In this document: positions 39,067-50,204 of the stretch, piece after piece
Layout: each line of letters begins with the position of its first letter
Numbering within the stretch: position 1 is the first letter of the stretch
NCBI GenBank assembly: GCA_016766635.1
Contig: CP068473.1
Coordinates: 242,673 to 306,672, forward strand
From: Candidatus Xiphinematobacter sp.
GTDB taxonomy: Bacteria > Verrucomicrobiota > Verrucomicrobiia > Chthoniobacterales > Xiphinematobacteraceae
Direction: 5' to 3'
Length of the DNA stretch: 64,000 nucleotides
Notes under the pieces: model-generated
Seen by the model: the letters and a program-made list of their open reading frames with translations, nothing else
What the model was told of the DNA's origin: nothing
Database searches by the model: none
Program-made: the position numbers and the translations under genes

Positions 39067-40191
39067 CTAAGGAATATCTCGGTTAGTAGAACGTAGCCAG
39101 AGAAACCAGGAGCCAAGGAGAGAGTACCCTATGAGGGGAGACCAAGCCGCTACGAACGGGGAAATGCGATTCCCTTTCCCTAAGGCGACAAACACCTTAT
39201 CCAGAAAGATCAGACAGAAAAAGAGGGTAATTGCTATGGTAATTTCTCGAAAGAGACAGTGGCGTGAGTAAACGATTCCGAGTGGCCCAGCTAGAAGGAC
39301 CGCTACCATTACCTGCCAGGGGAGTGCAAAGCGGTGCCACAGGTGGGTACGATAGGGGGCTAAGTGATTCGGGGAAGAATCTGTGTTGTAAGCGAGATAT
39401 TCCCGCAATTCCGGTACAGAAAGGTAATTAGGATTTGCGGCTAGACTGGCAACACGTTGCGGCGTCTCGCTCCAATGCCCGACAGTTAGCCAATCGGAGT
39501 CGACTTTCTTTAGGATATTTCCTTGTGGATCTAGTTTGAGGTGTCGCACCTGCAACAGAGTCCAGTTCCCTTTGGAGGGGTCATAGGCAGCTCTCTTGGC
39601 AAACCATTTCTCGGTGATTTCATTATCAGTGTTTTGTTGAATGATTTGCAAATCTTCTACCTGCCACTTAGTTTGTTTCTGAAAAATACGGTGCACAAAC
39701 CAAAGGCGGTGGTCGTGACAGTTCCGGAATGTGTGAGCCATGATGGAGCTGTTTGTAGCAGCCCCGCCCCGCCTTATTTCATCTAATATTTGTTTCTTTG
39801 CGTGCTGTGCGTGTGGGGTGATAGCCCAATTAAAATAGGAAGATACCCCTACGAGTAGTAGGCCTACCGTTAAGAGTGGAAATAAAACGCGCAGTACACT
39901 TTTTCCAGCGGCCAGCATAGAAATAATCTCATTACTACGAGACATTGCAGACAAGCCGTACAGAAGTGCAAGGAGAGTACCTACGGGAAGAAAAATCACA
40001 AGAGTGGCCGGAATCTGAGACTGATAATACCGGATCCGAAGAGAAAAATTGGCCTCCCCCTTTAGGAGAGAGGATAAATTATTACTCAAGTCAAAGACAA
40101 ACCAGACCATGATAAACCCTATTACGCAGTAAGAAAGAGGGATTAGGAACTTTTTTAAAAGGTAGCGATCCAGGATAGTCATCCAAGTCAA
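39067..40191 (-). CDS. LPS export ABC transporter permease, LptF/LptG (YjgP/YjgQ) family
   Basis: 374 aa. N-terminus 'ILDRYLLKKFLIPLSYCVIGFIMVWFVFDL', a central periplasmic domain flanked by TM helices, and 3 C-terminal TMs. Confidence 0.8.
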   Translation of the reverse strand: MTWMTILDRYLLKKFLIPLSYCVIGFIMVWFVFDLSNNLSSLLKGEANFSLRIRYYQSQIPATLVIFLPVGTLLALLYGLSAMSRSNEIISMLAAGKSVLRVLFPLLTVGLLLVGVSSYFNWAITPHAQHAKKQILDEIRRGGAATNSSIMAHTFRNCHDHRLWFVHRIFQKQTKWQVEDLQIIQQNTDNEITEKWFAKRAAYDPSKGNWTLLQVRHLKLDPQGNILKKVDSDWLTVGHWSETPQRVASLAANPNYLSVPELREYLAYNTDSSPNHLAPYRTHLWHRFALPWQVMVAVLLAGPLGIVYSRHCLFREITIAITLFFCLIFLDKVFVALGKGNRISPFVAAWSPLIGYSLLGSWFLWLRSTNRDIP

Positions 40192-40823
40192 CTGCCTCCA
40201 TTTTGAGAGTAAAAATGCTTCTTCACTTAGACAATTCGCCTAGCCCTGCAGAGGCGCTAGATGTTTCGCTCTATATCCATCCAATTTATGTTCTCATGAG
40301 AACGGTCAAGCGGGGAGCGTTTTACCACCATATCCTATGTGTTTGGCCTGTAGAACGAATCACCCTTTTTGAGAATCCCACTGAGGAAGGGCGATTCTGA
40401 AACCAGGTGTCGCGCGGAAATGCCATCCTATCTTCTATCTACTGCTCTATTCTGACAGATTGAAGCCAGTCACGAAATTGTGGCCTGAAAACTCTAGAGG
40501 TTATCGGGACAATCACACCAGAAGACACCCTAGACAAAAATACTCCGACTGGAGGTTTTGTTGTGTGGGTAGGCTTGTGAGGGTATAGGCCTTATAATCC
40601 TCCCCTACCTTGGAAGTAGACTAGCACAAAGGCCGTTTCTGCAAGTTGTTGCTAACAAAGCGGGGACACCCCGAGAATGGAATTGCGATGTGCTCACGCC
40701 CTTGCGTCTAAAGGAACACACCGGTTTATAGACTACGTTCAGCTGCTTTTTTTCTTATCCTGGTGACAAAACCCCCAGAGCTACCCTGGAATCTTTTCGG
40801 TGGCTTCCTCTTTCCCACACTTC

Positions 40824-43800
40824 TTAGTGGATCGTAGTAGTAGAGCGGTTAAAGGCCTCTGTGATATCCCCTCCCCATTCATCAACCACTTGCAGCATTT
40901 GATGGGCAGAGCAGAGGGGGATACCAAGAAGGGCGGGGCGATAACTCAATTCATACCGGATTTCGTAGAGCGCTTTGTCAAGAAGAAAAACCTTGAGAAG
41001 AAAAGTGAAGTCTTTCTCTGTCTGGGGTAGAAAATCTGCCTTAGCAGCACCAGTCAAGTATCCATCCAGGAACGCAGAAGTAATGTGGCTTTTCCAAAGA
41101 TCATACCAGGGAGAAAGCCGGATATGATCCTCTTGGCGTTCGATAGCTAGCAAGGCACTTTGTGCAGCATAATCGAACGAGCGCAACATGCCGGCAACAT
41201 CAACCAGCGCGGGGCGCTTGAGTAGTCGTTCTCCGAACGGACGACATGGTTCTCCCTCGAAGTCGAGGATGACAAAATCCCTACCAGTGTTAAGAACTTG
41301 ACCTAGATGGTAGTCGCCGTGGCTGCGAATTTTTTTTGCTGGTATCTTTGCTCTAAGGAGTCTTGCATAAAAGGCAAGTAGGCGGGGTGTCGCTGCAATC
41401 CAACTCCTGGCACGTACCTGAAGAGACTCCGGGAGATATGGGATTTTGCTAGCTAAGTCCAATTCGGTCCGGCGTGCTAGGCTGCGCAGTGTTTGATAAA
41501 GTGAACGCTGATAAAGGCTAGTAAAAAGCTCCGGCGTAAAAGCTGCCCCTGGGAGTGTTGCCAAGCATCGGTGAAGTTCTCCTGTGCGTAGGCCAAGTTG
41601 GTACGCTCGTTCCGGATAACCGGCCATGAGTTCTGGGAGAATTTTGCTGCCTTCTTCAAGAGGGGGCGCAGCGAGCGCGCCCTCAAAGAAACGTCCAAGT
41701 GAGTCAAGGGTATGTGTCCAAGCATCTCCCTGGTTTGGGACATAAGCAGTGAGCAAGGCAACGGTTCCCTGTTGACTACCACTCATGTACCGTATTTCAC
41801 CACAGTAGCGTGGTACATGTGCAAACCCCACCTTTCCTAAGGCTCGAAGAAGGTCGACATCAGGGTTGCTGCCAGATTCATACCGGCGTAGAAGCTTTAA
41901 GTTAAATTGTTCATTAAAGACAAGTGACGAATTAGATTGTTCACTTCCACACAATCGAGAAGTGGTAGGCTCCGGCAAGATGTCCTCTCCTATACCAAAA
42001 AGTTGTGAAGTTCCACAATGCCACGTTTGTTTCTGCGCGACGAGATTGAGAAAATGTCGATGTACCTCTTGGACATACAGTGCGTCCAAAAGCATTTCAC
42101 CGCTCGCGAAGCAAGCCACAATGGAGTGAGCTGGGGGAGTGCTATCATCGCCAGCCTGATTTCTGATGGTTAGTGGAACTACATAGATCGCGGTGTGTCC
42201 TTGTGTAAAGGCCACCTCCGTCAAGAGAATCTGTGTGTTCGGGTCCTCTTTCGGGGAAAAACTTCCTGTAATACGAACCTTCTGTAACGCCAATTGTTTT
42301 TCTCCAAACCAACGGCACCTTTGCATATAGTCCGGGAGAACTGCGCGCTCCAGCGTACGATGCAATTTTGGTGTCCATTCGGCCACCTCAGCAAGCAGGG
42401 GAGGGACATGATGATCGGTTAACACTCTCTCCTCTTCTACAGAAAGGGGGTGTAGTTGCAACCAGTAAAACCCATGCGGCCCGAGAGTAAAAAGATAAGG
42501 AAGATTGCTAATGATAGGGAATCGTGTGTTGCCGAAAAGTTCCTCTGGAAATCGATCGTGGAATTCGGAAAGATCCAAGGAAACTGCCTGGGAATAACGT
42601 GAAAGGTTGGCTACTATGAGCAGGACCTGGTCTTCTCCATATCGACGGAGGTAGGCTAACACCTTAGAGTTCTCTGTAGAGAGGAATTGAATACCTCCAA
42701 GCGCAAATGCCAGATGTTTTTGGCGAATTCCTAGAATTCGCCGCATCCACCAGAAGAGTGAGGAAAGATTCCTTTTTTGCACGTCCACATTCACTGTTTC
42801 ATAGTGAAATTCAGGATCTATGATAATAGGCAAAAATAACTGCTGTGGATTAGCACGTGAAAACCCAGCATTGCGGTCGGCGCTCCACTGCATCGGCGTG
42901 CGTACTCCATTACGGTCTCCTAAATAGAAATTGTCCCCCATGCCGATTTCATCTCCATAGTACAAAATAGGAGTGCCAGGCAGAGAAAGTAGGAGGGATT
43001 TCATTAATTCGATCTTGCGGCGGTTATTTCCCAGCAATGGGGCTAGCCGGCGACGAATGCCCAAGTTGATGCGAGCCCGGATGTCTTCCGCATAAAGACG
43101 CACCATGTAGTCTCTCTCCTCATCAGAAACCATTTCTAGCGTCAATTCATCGTGGTTACGGAGAAAAATAGCCCACTGACAATTTTCTGGAATAGTGGGG
43201 GTTTGATCGAAAATGTCAGTTAGTGGGAAGCGATCCTCCATCTGTAAGGCCATAAAGAGCCGTGGCATAAGGGGGAAATGGAATTCCATATGGCACTCAT
43301 CTCCTGCTCCAAAATATGCAGCCGCGTCTTCTGGCCATTGGTTGGCTTCCGCCAGGAGCAAACGTCCTGGAAACTTTTCATCCACATGTCGACGCAAGCG
43401 CCGTAGGAAAGCATGGGTTTCTGGCAAATTCTCACATGAAGTCCCCTCCCGCTCAAAGAGATATGGGACAGCATCTAATCTTAATCCATCAACTCCTAAC
43501 CCTAACCAGAAGTTCACTACGTTGAAGACCGCCTCTTGAACGGAGGGATTATCAAAGTTTAAATCCGGCTGATGGGAGTAGAACCGATGCCAGTAATAAG
43601 CCTGCGCTACTGAATCCCAGGACCAGTTCGATTTTTCGAAATCACTAAAAATGACACGCGCATCCTCATAACATTCGGTGGTGTCGCTCCAAACATAAAA
43701 ATCTCTCTCAACTGACCCTGGAAGAGCCAAACGTGAACGCTGGAACCAAGGATGCTGGTCTGATGTGTGGTTCAAAACAAGCTCTGTAATGACATGCAAT

Positions 43801-44081
43801 CTTCGTTGATGGGCTTCTGCTAAAAAATTACGGAAATCATCCAGCGTTCCATAGCTTGGGTTCACTGATAGGTAATCGGAGATATCGTAACCATCATCCT
43901 TTAACGGAGATGGGTAAAATGGAAGGAGCCAAATAGCCGTTATTCCTAGATCTTCCAGATATCCTAGCCTTTTACATAGTCCCCGGAAGTCGCCGACCCC
44001 ATCGGCTGTGCTATCGCAGAACGAGCGTACATGTAACTCATAGATAACTGCGGTCTTGAACCATGGTAGATCTCGTTCCAT
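40824..44081 (-). CDS. treS: Bifunctional trehalose synthase / maltokinase (TreS-Mak/Pep2 fusion)
   Basis: 1085 aa. The N-terminal GH13 part has '[29 protein letters not shown]', '[25 protein letters not shown]', '[13 protein letters not shown]', 'LLAEANQWP' and '[11 protein letters not shown]'. The C-terminal kinase part has '[10 protein letters not shown]' and '[10 protein letters not shown]'. Confidence 0.9.
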   Translation of the reverse strand: MERDLPWFKTAVIYELHVRSFCDSTADGVGDFRGLCKRLGYLEDLGITAIWLLPFYPSPLKDDGYDISDYLSVNPSYGTLDDFRNFLAEAHQRRLHVITELVLNHTSDQHPWFQRSRLALPGSVERDFYVWSDTTECYEDARVIFSDFEKSNWSWDSVAQAYYWHRFYSHQPDLNFDNPSVQEAVFNVVNFWLGLGVDGLRLDAVPYLFEREGTSCENLPETHAFLRRLRRHVDEKFPGRLLLAEANQWPEDAAAYFGAGDECHMEFHFPLMPRLFMALQMEDRFPLTDIFDQTPTIPENCQWAIFLRNHDELTLEMVSDEERDYMVRLYAEDIRARINLGIRRRLAPLLGNNRRKIELMKSLLLSLPGTPILYYGDEIGMGDNFYLGDRNGVRTPMQWSADRNAGFSRANPQQLFLPIIIDPEFHYETVNVDVQKRNLSSLFWWMRRILGIRQKHLAFALGGIQFLSTENSKVLAYLRRYGEDQVLLIVANLSRYSQAVSLDLSEFHDRFPEELFGNTRFPIISNLPYLFTLGPHGFYWLQLHPLSVEEERVLTDHHVPPLLAEVAEWTPKLHRTLERAVLPDYMQRCRWFGEKQLALQKVRITGSFSPKEDPNTQILLTEVAFTQGHTAIYVVPLTIRNQAGDDSTPPAHSIVACFASGEMLLDALYVQEVHRHFLNLVAQKQTWHCGTSQLFGIGEDILPEPTTSRLCGSEQSNSSLVFNEQFNLKLLRRYESGSNPDVDLLRALGKVGFAHVPRYCGEIRYMSGSQQGTVALLTAYVPNQGDAWTHTLDSLGRFFEGALAAPPLEEGSKILPELMAGYPERAYQLGLRTGELHRCLATLPGAAFTPELFTSLYQRSLYQTLRSLARRTELDLASKIPYLPESLQVRARSWIAATPRLLAFYARLLRAKIPAKKIRSHGDYHLGQVLNTGRDFVILDFEGEPCRPFGERLLKRPALVDVAGMLRSFDYAAQSALLAIERQEDHIRLSPWYDLWKSHITSAFLDGYLTGAAKADFLPQTEKDFTFLLKVFLLDKALYEIRYELSYRPALLGIPLCSAHQMLQVVDEWGGDITEAFNRSTTTIH

Positions 44082-44098
44082 AGGAATACCTTACTTGG

Positions 44099-44770
44099 CT
44101 ATAAAGAATGGGTAAGATGCGACAGCCATTGATTAAGGTAAAGGCAGAGGCGCATTTTCGTTGGAAACGAGAGCAAAGTGTCCTCTCTTCCCAGAAAGAC
44201 GAAGTTGCCTCCCAAGGCGGGGCCATTGACGATACACGCGTCTGTTGCGCTCTCTGTAATCTGTTGATACCCTATGGAAATGGCTTCTTTAGAAAGCCCC
44301 TTCAGTTCATATTTCCACCCCACAATATAACTGTGAGGGAACAAGCCTCGGAGTTTCCGGACGATTTTCGGAGTTGGCTCTAGAGTTAGGTGTATACTTC
44401 CAGAACGACTGCCTAGTTTCTTCGGTATAACTTCGACGCCATGGCTGTTTTCCACGCGCACTACTCGGAAATCGCAAAGAGCAGCCGCGTGAAAGACACC
44501 CACTATGCTGGGGAGTTCCGATAACCGGTTAAGACATTTCTCCAGGTCCATATTAGTCGAGAATGGAAAAATATTGGCATGAGCGGGGCGCGGATAGGTG
44601 GCACCCGTTCCCCGTAGACAGAATACTTCCCATCCTTTCTCAGTTAGGTGGTTACATAAAAGTGTTCCTAGTTCTCCAGTTGAAAAATTAGTGATGCGTC
44701 TCACTGCATCGATGGGTTCAAAAGCAGGGCCACAGGTGACGATGATCTGTCCCTGAGAAAACTTTCTCAT
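44099..44770 (-). CDS. coaB: Phosphopantothenate--cysteine ligase domain protein (stand-alone CoaB)
   Basis: 223 aa. 'IIVTCGPAFEPIDAVRRITNFSTGELG', 'HAAALCDF', 'KKLGSRSGSIHLTLEPTPKIV' and 'VGWKYE' parallel the CoaB half of Dfp/CoaBC. No flavoprotein (CoaC) half is attached or adjacent. Confidence 0.75.
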   Translation of the reverse strand: MRKFSQGQIIVTCGPAFEPIDAVRRITNFSTGELGTLLCNHLTEKGWEVFCLRGTGATYPRPAHANIFPFSTNMDLEKCLNRLSELPSIVGVFHAAALCDFRVVRVENSHGVEVIPKKLGSRSGSIHLTLEPTPKIVRKLRGLFPHSYIVGWKYELKGLSKEAISIGYQQITESATDACIVNGPALGGNFVFLGREDTLLSFPTKMRLCLYLNQWLSHLTHSL

Positions 44771-45082
44771 ACTAGAAGAGATAAAAAAGAGAGATGAAAG
44801 GGAACTAAATACGCAAAGACTTGAGTTATGCCTCTTACAGAGAGATGTCGGAGGATGGGCGGCTTGTCGAATAGCTTTTTTTGGAAAAAAATTCCGTTCG
44901 ATGAATCTTGTACAGGCGTACCGCTTGCTAAGTCTAGGCTGGAACTTGTCCCTTTACAGTAGCTATCAGTAGCTATCCAAAGCTATCTTTCTGTCGGATA
45001 GATGCGAGATACGACAATTCGGGGATAAAAGACCCCTCGGGGAAGCCGCGTACACGTACAAGTAAAGGGTAAGGGGTCAGCG

Positions 45083-45155
45083 CGCGCCTGGCAGGATTCG
45101 AACCTGCGGCCAATGGATTAGAAATCCACTGCTCTATCCCCTGAGCTACAGGCGC
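45083..45155 (-). tRNA. tRNA-Arg (anticodon TCT)
   Basis: The reverse complement GCGCCTGTAGCTCAGGGGATAGAGCAGTGGATTTCTAATCCATTGGCCGCAGGTTCGAATCCTGCCAGGCGCG folds as a 73-nt cloverleaf with anticodon loop TTTCTAA. Confidence 0.9.
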
Positions 45156-45626
45156 TGCGGTTGGCAGACTAGCTAAACCTCAACCTATAGGCAAAAGAAG
45201 AATTGCTTAACCATAAGGAATGTGCCACCCCAACGGTAGTTGGGGTGAATTGCTCTTTCTCCAATTCACGGTGCCTCCCCCTTCCCTTCTAGGAAGACCA
45301 GCTAATGTAGCAGAGGCCAAATTGTGCTGTAGCCCTCATTAGTCAAGGAGGGAATCATAACGCTATGAGCAGGCTATACTTACTGCATGAACGTACTAGG
45401 CTGTCTCCAAGATTGGATCATCCTAACTTTACAAAGAGCGTCCTTTCCTTTGCTGACACATAAAGAAAGAATGTTTTTCTCGTAAAACAATATGGGCAAT
45501 ACAGGCTAAGGCCATCTCTCATTCATTCCAGAAAAACAGGTCGGTATGATGTACCGAAGGGCGAGCATATCATACGTTCTCCCGTCTATTTTTGTTGTAT
45601 GTCTGTAGCAGAGTATCCCTAGGTTT

Positions 45627-46484
45627 ATGGAAACTAGTCCATTGGTAATCGCTGGAAAGCAGTTTCGGTCCAGGCTGTTGTTAGGAACAGGGAAGTTTTC
45701 CTCCTATGCTGTGATGCAGCAAGCCATGGAGGCAAGTAGAGTAGAAATTGTGAAGCGTTCCGGCGTGCCGACCTCTCCGGAAGGAGAGACCCCTTTGCTG
45801 CTATTCTTAGCTACATAGACCCCTAAACGTTACCTTGTACTTGCTAATACAAGTGGAGCCATGAATGCAAAAGAAGAAGCGATTCGCTTGGCTCGTCTTT
45901 CCACTTCCGCTGGGTTGCCAAAGTGGATTAAATTGGAGATCCATCCTGAACCTCACTACTTACTCCCGGATCCCATAGAGACGTTTTTAGCTGCGGAAAG
46001 TCTCACTCAGGAGGGGTTCGTCGTCTTGCCTTACAGAAATGCCGATCCAGTTTTAGCCAAGCGCTTGGAGGAAATCGGTGTCGCTGCAGTGATGCTACTA
46101 GGGTCACCCATCGGAAGCAATCGGGGCTTGGAGAGCCGAGAGCAAATCAGGGTTATCGTTTCACAGGCTACCGTTCCGGTAATAATTGATGCTGGTATTG
46201 GCACTCCGAGTCATGCTGCTGAAGCTATCGAAATGGGAGCAGACGCTGTTTTAGTTAATACTGCTATCGCAGTGGCGGGGGATCCTGTGCGGATGGCCCA
46301 CGCCTTCCAGCTTACTGTAGAAGCTGCCAGGGGAGCATTTGAGGCAGGCTTACCAAAGACAGAGGAGGATGCGGTAGCAAGTAGTCCGCTTGAAGGGTTT
46401 TGTCATCAGAGCTCTACAGGGGGAAGACCCAGACCTTTCCAACAGCTAGCAGAGAGACTGTTGCGTTGGAAGTGTTGGAAGTAG
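45627..46484 (+). pseudogene. thiG: Thiazole synthase ThiG, interrupted by two compensating frameshifts and an in-frame TAG
   Basis: Frame 0 45627..~45751 gives '[21 protein letters not shown]...EASRVEI'. Frame +2 45752..45823 gives '[24 protein letters not shown]'. Frame 0 again from 45822 gives '[25 protein letters not shown]...WIKLEIHPE...LLPDPIETF...GFVVLPY...PIGSNRGL...[31 protein letters not shown]'. Joined, these align colinearly with ThiG. As written, frame 0 hits TAG at 45816-45818. Confidence 0.75.
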
Positions 46485-47097
46485 AAGCGGGGGGTAGACA
46501 CGTGAAAATCCGGAGCCAAAATGCCACGGATATTCCAGAGACTGCCACCTTATAATGGGCAAGTACTGCTCTCCTGCGCAGAGCAATCCGGTATGTAGAG
46601 CAGAAACCTAATAAACCGGCATAAAAAAGCTTTCCTTACCTCTGTAGGAATAAAGGGGGAGCTGTGCACAAATAAATCTATTTGATTGTTGCTCAACTAT
46701 CCCAAAGAAGGGGGGACTTGCTTGCGGGTAAAATAACCCACTCCCAGTAGGTGTCTTAAGTGGTATTCTTGGTCAGAATCCCTTGCTGCAGTGTGTTTTT
46801 CAAATAAAGAGGTTTTTCCAGTCTTGATGAATCGGAATCGATCTTATGGAGGGTCATGCGCCCACATTTTTTCGGAGATTCTCGTCGACTGTCCGATCTT
46901 TTCTGGTAAAACCTCTAGCTGGCTTTCTCTGTTAACCGAATATTAGCTCCATGCAGGGCTCTAGTTTCAATCCCTATGCTGGGAGATACTCTTCCAGTGT
47001 TCCGCACTGTTGAATCCCCTCTCCTTTCTTTCCGGGAAAGAAGAGATCGGGGTGGAAAGCCTATGGTCGATTGTAGAATCGGGCCTCGTAAGGTAGG

Positions 47098-47133
47098 ACA
47101 TGCCATGATGCAACTAACATGCCATGACGCAAC
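47098..47133. repeat. Tandem 17-mer ACATGCCATGA(T/C)GCAAC x2 (19-nt period)
   Basis: Read directly: 47098-47114 and 47117-47133, one mismatch. It lies about 250 nt upstream of guaA. Confidence 0.7.
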
Positions 47134-47381
47134 GATAGAGAGGGTCCCGAACTGCACCGTTGCTTGTCAATGTCGAGCAATCAAGAAAATAACTACAATC
47201 CCTCCTGGCTGGGCTATACTTTTCTTCTAGCACTATTTATAACTCGGAAGAGAACCCTTCTCAGGCTACTTCGCTGCGAGCATCAGGCAAATAGGACAGG
47301 CCAGTGTGAGAAAGAAGGACCCCCAACCGCTCCAGTGGTTCGTCTGTTCCAAGAGGCTAGGTCAGATTTAAACTCATCAGG

Positions 47382-48941
47382 ATGCACTCCACCTCCAACA
47401 TACTTATCCTCGATTTCGGTTCCCAATACACCCAGATCATTGCACGCCGTATCCGAGAATGCCATGTCTACTCGGAAATAGTTCCTTATCATGCCAGCCT
47501 AGCCCGGGTTCAAGCGGCCGCTCCCTCAGGAATTATCCTCTCCGGAGGGCCTTCCAGCGCTTGCTCACCAGAGGCGCCCACCTTCGACAAGAAAATTTAT
47601 GAACTAGGGGTTCCTATCCTCGGCATTTGCTATGGTATTCAAATAATAGCCAGAGATTTTGGCGGAATTGTGGAAAGGTCTTCTCGCCGTGAATATGGTC
47701 CTGGAGTTCTCCATGTTGACCGTCACTGCCCTTTGTTTCGTGGACTACCTGACAAGGTCAATGTCTGGAGTAGCCATCGAGACAGAATCGTTTCCCTCCC
47801 GGAGGGATTTTCTGCTGTCGGGAGAACTGAGCATTCCCCTTATGCCGCGATAGCCTTCCAAGGGAAGCATATCTATGGTCTACAATTCCACCCAGAAGTC
47901 ACCCATACTCCCTGCGGAAAGGACATTCTACAAAATTTCCTGACTATGGTTTGTAAGTGTACCCCAAGCTGGACGTCGGAGGCATTTATTGCGCGAATCT
48001 GTAAAGAGCTAAGAGAAAAGATAGGCGAAGGGCAAGTGATGCTTGGGTTGAGCGGTGGGGTAGATTCTTACGTTGCAGCTGCTCTATTGCAACTTGCTGT
48101 TGGAAAGCAGCTTACCTGCGTTTTTGTAGATAACGGCCTTTTGCGTGCTGGAGAATCCCAGACAGTAAACAAACTTTTCACCTGCAATTTTCATGGCATT
48201 CGGCTCAAAATGGTGGACGCCTCGGGGAGTTTCTTCTCTAGACTCAGGGGAATAATCGACCCTGAGAGAAAACGGAAAGTTATCGGCAACGAGTTTGTAC
48301 GGATATTTCAGTTAACTGCTCAACAGCTTCAAGCTTCACTAAGGTGCCCCTTTCACTATCTCGCTCAGGGAACCCTCTATCCAGACGTTATCGAGAGTAC
48401 TTCACTAGCTAATAACTCTCTTCCAATCAAGAGTCATCATAACGTAGCGGGTCTTCCATCTCAGATGGAGTTCGAACTAATAGAGCCGTTGCGTCACCTC
48501 TTCAAGGATGAGGTGCGAGAGGTTGGCCTGAAGCTAGGGCTACCTCAGGAACTCATCTATCGCCAGCCCTTTCCTGGGCCTGGGCTTGCAGTTCGCATCC
48601 TAGGGAAAATAACCCGTAGACGTCTGCACATTTTGCGTGGTGCCGACGCTATTGTCACCGAGGAAATGCAAGCCTCTGGCTGGTATTGCAAAGTGTGGCA
48701 GTCGTTTGCTATCTTGCTACCTGTACGCTCAGTAGGAGTAATGGGGGATGAACGTACTTATGAAAATACTGTCGCTATACGTATAGTAGAAAGTCGTGAT
48801 GGGATGACAGCTAATTGGGTTCCAGTTCCCCATAGTTTGCTCGCAAAGATTTCCTCCCGGATTACTAATGAAATCAGCGGTGTTAACCGAGTTTGTTACG
48901 ATATTTCCAGTAAGCCGCCTGCTACTATTGAATGGGAGTGA
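47382..48941 (+). CDS. guaA: GMP synthase (glutamine-hydrolysing)
   Basis: GATase 'ILILDFGSQYTQIIARRIRE' and 'GICYGIQ' (Cys nucleophile), 'QFHPEV', PP-loop 'LGLSGGVDS', and C-terminal 'TIEWE'. Confidence 0.95.
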   Translation: MHSTSNILILDFGSQYTQIIARRIRECHVYSEIVPYHASLARVQAAAPSGIILSGGPSSACSPEAPTFDKKIYELGVPILGICYGIQIIARDFGGIVERSSRREYGPGVLHVDRHCPLFRGLPDKVNVWSSHRDRIVSLPEGFSAVGRTEHSPYAAIAFQGKHIYGLQFHPEVTHTPCGKDILQNFLTMVCKCTPSWTSEAFIARICKELREKIGEGQVMLGLSGGVDSYVAAALLQLAVGKQLTCVFVDNGLLRAGESQTVNKLFTCNFHGIRLKMVDASGSFFSRLRGIIDPERKRKVIGNEFVRIFQLTAQQLQASLRCPFHYLAQGTLYPDVIESTSLANNSLPIKSHHNVAGLPSQMEFELIEPLRHLFKDEVREVGLKLGLPQELIYRQPFPGPGLAVRILGKITRRRLHILRGADAIVTEEMQASGWYCKVWQSFAILLPVRSVGVMGDERTYENTVAIRIVESRDGMTANWVPVPHSLLAKISSRITNEISGVNRVCYDISSKPPATIEWE

Positions 48942-49432
48942 AACGCGCTCTCTATCCAGGAAGTTTTGATCCCGTCACCAATGGTCACTTGGACGTCATT
49001 CACAGGGCAACAGAGCTGTTTGAAGAGATTATTGTGGCTGTCGCGGTGAATGATTCCAAGAGCCCTCTGTTTTCTGCTCAGGAAAGAGCGGACTTGGTTT
49101 GCCAATCTTTGCACAAGGGAACCCCTTCGGTACGTGTTCGTGTCCTAATACTGGAGGGGCTCCTTGCTGAGTTTGCTTGGAAGAACCGGATTCAGGTAGT
49201 AATCCGAGGCCTAAGGGCGGTTTCGGATTTTGAATTTGAGTTCCAAATGGCTCTTATGAATCGTTCTCTCTATCCAAAACTAGAGACCATCTTCCTAACC
49301 CCTCAGGAGAAGTATACTTACCTGAGTTCTCGGCTAGTCAAAGAGGTTGCTCTACTGGGGGGAGATGTTTCCAGATTTGTCTCGTCTGCCGTGGCGGCAC
49401 GGCTAAAAAGAGTCTACTCTCAGCGTAGATGA
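48932..49432 (+). CDS. coaD: Phosphopantetheine adenylyltransferase
   Basis: 'ALYPGSFDPVTNGHLDVIHRA' (T/HxGH), 'VIRGLRAVSDFEFE' and 'SSRLVKEV'. It overlaps the guaA 3' end by 10 nt. Confidence 0.9.
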   Translation: MGVKRALYPGSFDPVTNGHLDVIHRATELFEEIIVAVAVNDSKSPLFSAQERADLVCQSLHKGTPSVRVRVLILEGLLAEFAWKNRIQVVIRGLRAVSDFEFEFQMALMNRSLYPKLETIFLTPQEKYTYLSSRLVKEVALLGGDVSRFVSSAVAARLKRVYSQRR

Positions 49433-49905
49433 AAGTCTATCCTGTCAGTTCCTTTTCCTCTTTAACCCCAAGTGAGGAGACACTTGGGAGACTTGGGAAG
49501 AGTCTCTCCTAAGCTGGACTGTTGCCCAGTGGATTGCGAGTGGAGCCTTTTGAAAAATTTTTCCGGGTGGCAAGGCCGGTCTGACTCAGGTTTGCACTCA
49601 CAAGTAAGTATAATAGTCGCATGTCTCCGTGCCCTACTGTACAGTACAGATCGATGATTTCTGACAATCCCTCTGTTCAGCTAAGAATTAGCCGCCAGGA
49701 GAAAGCATAGGCTTGACCCACTTTATACGAAAGGATACCCTGCTTGCTTTTCTGAGTCGCTAGATGTAAGCCCGTGCTTCACCGCTTCAGCCCCTATATC
49801 CTGCTGAAGCTCTTGTGGTGTCCGTAGAGGAAATGAGTGATCGACCGTCGCTGCTGGCCTGGCGGTTTTTTAAAAACCTAACGCTAAAGACAGTTAATTT
49901 TTTTT

Positions 49906-50094
49906 ATGGGAGTGCCAAAGAGAAAAACTTCCAAGATGCGTTTGCGCACGCGCAAAGCGTCGCACCACTGGAGGGCTGCCAAGGTTGTTTCCTGCCCACG
50001 ATGTGGAGCGAGGGTCCTGCCCCATACTGCTTGCACTTCCTGTGGCTACTATAAGGGTAGGCTAGTTCTGTGTGCTGGGAAATCTTTGGCTTAG
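49906..50094 (+). CDS. rpmF: 50S ribosomal protein L32
   Basis: 'MGVPKRKTSKMRLRTRKASHHW' and a zinc ribbon 'CPRCGARVLPHTACTSCGYYKGR'. It precedes plsX-fabH as in many bacteria. Confidence 0.9.
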   Translation: MGVPKRKTSKMRLRTRKASHHWRAAKVVSCPRCGARVLPHTACTSCGYYKGRLVLCAGKSLA

Positions 50095-50204
50095 ATCTTA
50101 GATGTGTGCGATCAGAATTTGGCACACATTCCTGGGAAACCGCTTGGCTTCCGAACATTTGAGAGCTGCCTTTAAAAACAATTTTGCTGCTCTCTCTTGA
50201 TTCT

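Noticed and set aside
45200-45626. Looked for a TPP riboswitch upstream of thiG.
   Set aside because: No CUGAGA / ACCUGAUCUGGAUAAUGCCAGCG-type core could be found by eye on the thiG strand.
26550-47133. Checked the short direct repeats at 26550, 26866, 36119 and 47098 as possible CRISPR arrays.
   Set aside because: Each repeat has only two copies of 12-17 nt, with 2-8-nt gaps between copies. No cas genes are present. These are not CRISPR.
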